Source: Octopus vulgaris (taxonomy: Eukaryota). From it: a stretch of 64,000 bases of DNA. Position numbers and translations under genes: made by a program. Position 1 is the first letter of the stretch. Every line of letters starts with the position of its first letter. The stretch is taken from contig OX597828.1 of NCBI GenBank assembly GCA_951406725.2, positions 58,156,001-58,220,000 of the forward strand, written 5' to 3'. This document shows positions 58,347 to 64,000 of the stretch, one piece after another. A model generated the notes under the pieces. That model was not told the DNA's origin, made no database searches, and saw only the letters and a list, made by a program, of their open reading frames with translations.

Positions 58347-60540
58347 TTGTGGGCGCGTGTCAAAGAGAGACCGCGTCCATATGTGAGTGAAATACGTTTA
58401 AGGAAACGCAAGAGGATGTTTAGTGGGGTAGGTGGGTTCCGTTTTATACAGGGCATATATATATATATATTGCGAACATTTCCAGACACCTTTATATAGT
58501 TGTTGATGACGATGATCGTGATGATGATGGTGATGACCGCAATCATTCACTTCTCCCGTCAAACTATTGTCAAATACGGTAAGAGATGAGGGAGGCGGGG
58601 TGGAGTTCAGTCTGGCTGTGGTCACCATCAGTCTGTCGGAGTTAATGGAATGAGATCGGAACGAGCAGCAAAAAAGAGAGTGTGGTGAACGGTTAAAACT
58701 ATCAACTCGCAAGCATATTGGAAAAATATTTCTAATGATTTTTTTTTACAAGTCGAAACAGGATCGAATACCAGCAACTCTTTCCACCTGATTCCTGATT
58801 AGCTTCACACACGGTTTCTAAACAAACTTTTACAGCTCAGGTAGTTTAAAGTATTCTGCAAGCATGTATGGACGTGTTCTGAAGAGATAACCAACATGAA
58901 TGAGAGAGAGCAGGCACGAAGCCAGTTTAATAGAGGAAGGGGTATATATACAGGCGATTGAATGTCCCCCGGTTCTCTGAATTCATCGACTCCACCACCA
59001 CCATCACCACGAAGGTGTGAAGGGCCGAGTCGATCGCTGCGCCAATTCAACAACGAAGTAGCGAACTGGTTATATAATAGAGTGCAGAAGAAACCTGAAG
59101 TCATCTGACGATGTATCCATACTGGATATGACAGTTACGATAAGAGTACAAAAATCTAGGACAACACAACACAATATATTATTATTATTATAAGGGCAAC
59201 GAAGTGAATTCCTTGATCAACCATTCTAAAAACCAGACATGCTGCCACTTCTTCCAAAACACAGACAACATCCTCTCGTACATTATCTCACCTCAATACC
59301 CACCTCACACATCCTAAATAAAGGTGGAGAGGCAGACGAAAAGTTACAGCCTCTCCAACTGGCCGCTAACCATACACAAATTTCCAGGGTATATATATAT
59401 GTATATATATGTGTTTTTCCATGTCGTCATAGTACTGACCTTAGGCTAGCATCCATGGAGGGGGGGAGAGAGAGAGAGAGAGAGACAGAAGGATGCTATT
59501 TAATCAACATTATCCTCCCTTCTTCACCATTATTTCTACCATCGTGTAAAACTTACTGCGTAATTCACTTGAATCTGAGTCTTGAAATTAAGAATTATTA
59601 GATTTCGGCAGAAACATCGCTTTCATAATCTCAGACTTAAAAAGATTTATATATCTATTTCGGGCACTAATGTTTTTTCAGTTTCCAAGTGTTAACATTA
59701 GTCATTAACGATCAAAGCTTTTCGTAAGTAATCGGGCTTGCTGCTGCTGCTACTACTACTACTACAACCAGCAGTAGTAATGTTGTAGTAGTAGTAGTGC
59801 TAATAAAGACTTTGAGTGGTGGCCACAAATCTGACCTCATTTACAGTCGCCATTATGGTTAAAATGTACACTTTTTGGCAGTTTTCCTTAATTTCTGCGA
59901 AGTGATTGATTCCGATTACTTACCGTCAGTTCCACCACACAAGAAAAAATTCCCTTTTATTCCGAAACCTTTCAAGGTTTTGGGGGGGACTGCTTTTTTT
60001 TAAGATAAATATATATACAATAGAGTTGTAGGATTCTATTTAAATATGGTTGTTTTTTTTATATTATGTTTATGACTATTTTTTTTTTTAAATAAAGGGA
60101 AAAAAATTATACCTGTTCTTTTCCTGTTTGCGAAATTTAATCTGATAATATAGTTAAGATTCTTATGGAAAATTTTGAGTAATAAATTGTTTTAGTGATG
60201 GTTATTAATTGCCAGCAAGAAATGGCATTCTGGTTAACAAAGGAAATGATTTAAGGTTGGATTTCCTCTCCACTTCTAAAGCAAAAACTCTAAAAAGAGG
60301 GAAAGCTTGAAGAAATAGAATTCAGAGAGATCCAGGAGACGACAGGGTTAAAAGACTAGGGTTTTTTTTCTGTAAAATCTGACCCCGGATTTGAATTGAG
60401 TGAAGACTTCGCTGTACTTTGTTAATAAAGTACAGGAAATGAGGAGTAAAAAAATGTGTGATTATTATACCTCGTAGAAAAAGATGGGCGGAAGACAAGG
60501 ACTGGAGGAGAGTGTATATATATTATATATGTATATATAT

Positions 60541-60573
<33 letters not shown>

Positions 60574-60689
60574 TGTATATTAAAAAAAAAAGGTTAAGAA
60601 ACGGAGAAAAGGAGAGACTAACAGTGAATAGAAAAGGATGTAAAAAAAAAATCAGCTCCTTTTTCTTCTCGGTTGAGGATAGAAACCTT

Positions 60690-61020
60690 GTTTTCACCAC
60701 AACTCCTCAGAGAAGTGGTAAAGCAATATATCCTATAATTTAAAGTTGAGTCCAGTTGGAGGAGTATTTTGAAAGAGAAATGTCCAAAAACTCGCTGAAC
60801 GACGTCGACGAGAATCAGAAGTGTTGAAGTGATGGAGGTTGGAACTAGGTCACGTGTCGGTGCCGCACACACAATGGGGTGCAGGCAAAAGGTGGAATGG
60901 AGAACGAGGGTGGAAACGGGAGTCGTGACGTCGACGAAACAAAAGCGAAACGAAACGAAAAAACGAATTGGAGAAAGAGAGAGAGAGTATGAGTAGTATG
61001 AGTGAGGAGGGGGGATGGAG
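60690..61020 (-). promoter_or_regulatory. Probable ZC3H4 promoter / non-coding first exon (CpG-enriched; CACGTG E-box ~60851, TGACGT CRE-like ~60926)
   Basis: Locally CpG-rich, non-repetitive DNA upstream of the first coding exon, with minus-strand donor-like sites nearby (e.g. GTGAAA at ~60697). TSS not determinable. Confidence 0.4.
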
Positions 61021-61890
61021 CGGTAGAAAAAGGGGAGTTAAATATGGAGGTGGTTACGTTTTCCAGTTTTGCCTGATAAGAGAAAATAATAGAGAAATGA
61101 TTACAAGAATAGTCTTCGATGTTAAATTTATGCAAAAGAAATATATTTATATAAGATGTAATAAAATAGTACTGAAAAATAAATGGAGAATTATTGTATT
61201 TAAAAAAAATTATATAAAAATATATCTTACTGGGAATTCCATATTTAATAATTAAGGATTGGTGCAAATGAAATCTACGTAGTCTATACAACTACCACAT
61301 ATTTTCCTTTTAGTTAAAAAGATATCTATGTAAAAAGAATAAAAAATTGTTCCTATTTTCGTAATGCTTTGTCTGTTTTTAGATGTAAAAAAAAAAAATT
61401 TAATTTCATCCCCCAAATCCCGAAACCAGATGAAATCGTGTAAAAACTTCAACCAGTCTTTGATGTTTAATATTACTTGGAAGTTTGCGATGGGGAAGGT
61501 TGATATTAGGTCAGTGCCTCTCAGGGAGGGATTCCACAGAAACTTTTGAATTAAAGATTAATGTTGTGGCTATTAAGTAGAAGCACCGTTGCGTCATCGA
61601 AGACTTCTTTGTTCTTTGGTTCGTCTATGCCACCGCCACAACCACCACCACGTTCTTTATGGGAGAAGTCTTGTTGTGATCTTCTATCTGTTAAAACTGA
61701 GGCCTAAATAGACGAATTTCTTGTTTTCCTGTTCAGTAGCAAAACCTCAACAACATCGACCGATCAATATATATATTATATATATATAATGTATTGGGTT
61801 TGTCCTGGAGATCTCCAGGTTAACAGCTTTACTATTTGTGGGTCCTGATGTTGGGCTAATACCGAAGACAGGACCTAGCAGAACACACCA

Positions 61891-61984
<94 letters not shown>

Positions 61985-62193
61985 AATGGCAAAGTTATCG
62001 CAAAAAGTTTCCAAATTGGAAAAAGTTTCATTGGTATTTGTTTTTCCCAAAATTTATCGATTTTCAACAATCGATGGGCGACAACATAATTAACTTTCAA
62101 TGACAGATCGATTAAAATATGCCACCAATATTGTTGATTATAAATGTAACGTATCGGGGTAGGGATTATAAATAGGTTATTATTATTATTTTA

Positions 62194-62227
<34 letters not shown>

Positions 62228-64000
62228 GGTGGAGTTTGAAAAAAAAAAGAATATTTAGACGTTGCTACCTTCATTAACATAATTTATGTTAAAGCCAGAA
62301 TTACCTTCATCTGTAAATTACAATATCCTTGCTAGTGGTTGAGAGACTATGCTAGATTAGTAAATATAAGCTTGTTTTTTTTTCTTGTAAGTGAAGAGAG
62401 AGATAGAGGAAATAGGCAGATATTGAGAGAGTATATATAGATATATATATATATAGATATAAATATATTTTCTTTTTAAAAAAAAATTACTAAAAAATTA
62501 AGGGAGAGATATTCCTTCTGAATGAGTTTATAGTTGTTGGTGATATATAAATATATATATATATGTATATATATTTATCCTCTTTGCTTCCTTTTTTTTT
62601 TTGTTCCTAGAAATAGATGATTTTTCTTTTTATTCCAAGTGATGTTAAATAGTTGTTTTCAATGGATTTTTGACTAAAAACTACCAACAGATTGTTTCGT
62701 TGGCAGAGGGAACTTGTCTTTCACTTTTGATGGCCAATATTTCCAGTACTTAGACTGGGGCTTTTTATATTATGTTTGTGAATATCATATACATATATAT
62801 ATTTATATAATGTATATTAATGTGCATGTATGTATGTTGTGTGTATATATTACTGCTTTTCTATTCCCCTGTTCTGACAAGAATATTAGCAAAAGTAATG
62901 AATTACAGAGCGGAGAGGTGAAGCAAATAGTTAAGAGTAATTATCTAAGGATATATAATGCATGGATATGTAAAAGTGAGTGTATATATGTTTATATAAA
63001 TGCGTGTGTGTACATGTATGTATATATTGTGTATATATTCACTTAGTTTTTTAAAGATAGAAACAAGTAAAAACAATAATTAACACACACATTTATACGA
63101 TCATTCCAACTAAACTGTTAAATATATATACAAATATATATATATGTATATGTATATATATTTCTTTTGCTTCTACCTGAAAGGAACAAATATTTAGAAA
63201 AGAGAAAAAAAAAATTATACCATCAACTTATTTAGAGAAGAATTTGGTGCAATTTGTGAAGGATTCTGTGGAAATGATTAGGAAGATAAGATTGGAAATA
63301 AAACAGTAATGTGCAGGAGTATATATATAAATATATATACATGTATGGCTGGTGTATATAATGTAAAAAAAGAGATGATTTTAGAAGAATTGTGATGAAT
63401 GAAGGGAGAGGAAAATTGAAGGAAGATTTGGAGGAGATTAAATACCTGAAGTAAAATATTTGGGATTTTGTGTTGTTTCTTGAAGGATTTTTGTGTGTAG
63501 AGATGTATATTAATGATGTTCTTTAGCCGTATATATATACATACGTGTGTGTATATATCTATATATACATATGTGTGTGTATATATGGATATATATTATA
63601 TTTGAGAGAAAAATAGGGGAAGCAGTGAATAAGTTGTATCTTGTGATGGATTAAACGGTCGTATTTTGGGGGAGTTTTCACTTCTTTTCCGTATCTTTGC
63701 TTCTCGTTGTCTCATAAAAAGATCAACAGAGCATCGAATCGTACAGGTATATATATATATATATATATAAGTGTATATATATATATGTATATATATATAC
63801 GTATATATATGTGTGTGTGTGTGTGTATATAGAGTAGAGTCTACCTAATCAAGCACACATATGGAAAGGAATCACTTGTTTCTTTCTTTTTTGTGGGGGA
63901 AAAAAAAGTCGAGTAAATGAATAGATAAATGAAGAAAATTTGTGTTGTACTTGTGATGTTGTTTTGGCTTGAATAGAAAAGACCAGAATCATTTGCGAGA

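Noticed and set aside
58398-59601. ~100-120-aa ORFs in the unique region upstream of the ZC3H4 coding exons
   Set aside because: No recognisable homology or coherent splice structure. The ZC3H4 start has an upstream in-frame stop, so they cannot extend it.

Overview
AT-rich, microsatellite- and SINE-dense animal genomic DNA. The repeat families look like those of a coleoid cephalopod, probably Octopus (inferred from repeat style, not verified). There are two spliced protein-coding genes, both on the minus strand. (1) A ZC3H4/ZC3H6/Su(sable)-type CCCH zinc-finger gene: I reconstructed 14 coding exons (55336->34516, 3903 nt, 1300 aa) with consistent GT-AG phases; its probable CpG-rich promoter/5'UTR lies near 60.7-61.0 kb. 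(2) The N-terminal five coding exons of CCDC81 (21240->5379), with candidate RFX X-boxes upstream. The rest is introns and intergenic DNA holding tRNA-derived SINEs, decayed mariner/Tc1/maT transposons, RTE-like and RLE-type LINE fragments, non-autonomous Helitrons and MITEs. The most notable unexplained signals are: short fold-back, Penelope-like elements carrying minimal (mostly decayed) hammerhead-ribozyme motifs; head-to-tail SINE multimers sharing essentially one junction at three loci; a 393-bp-arm intronic inverted duplication in ZC3H4; and an RLE retrotransposon remnant abutting tRNA-Leu 3' ends. Most ORF-track entries are microsatellite artefacts.
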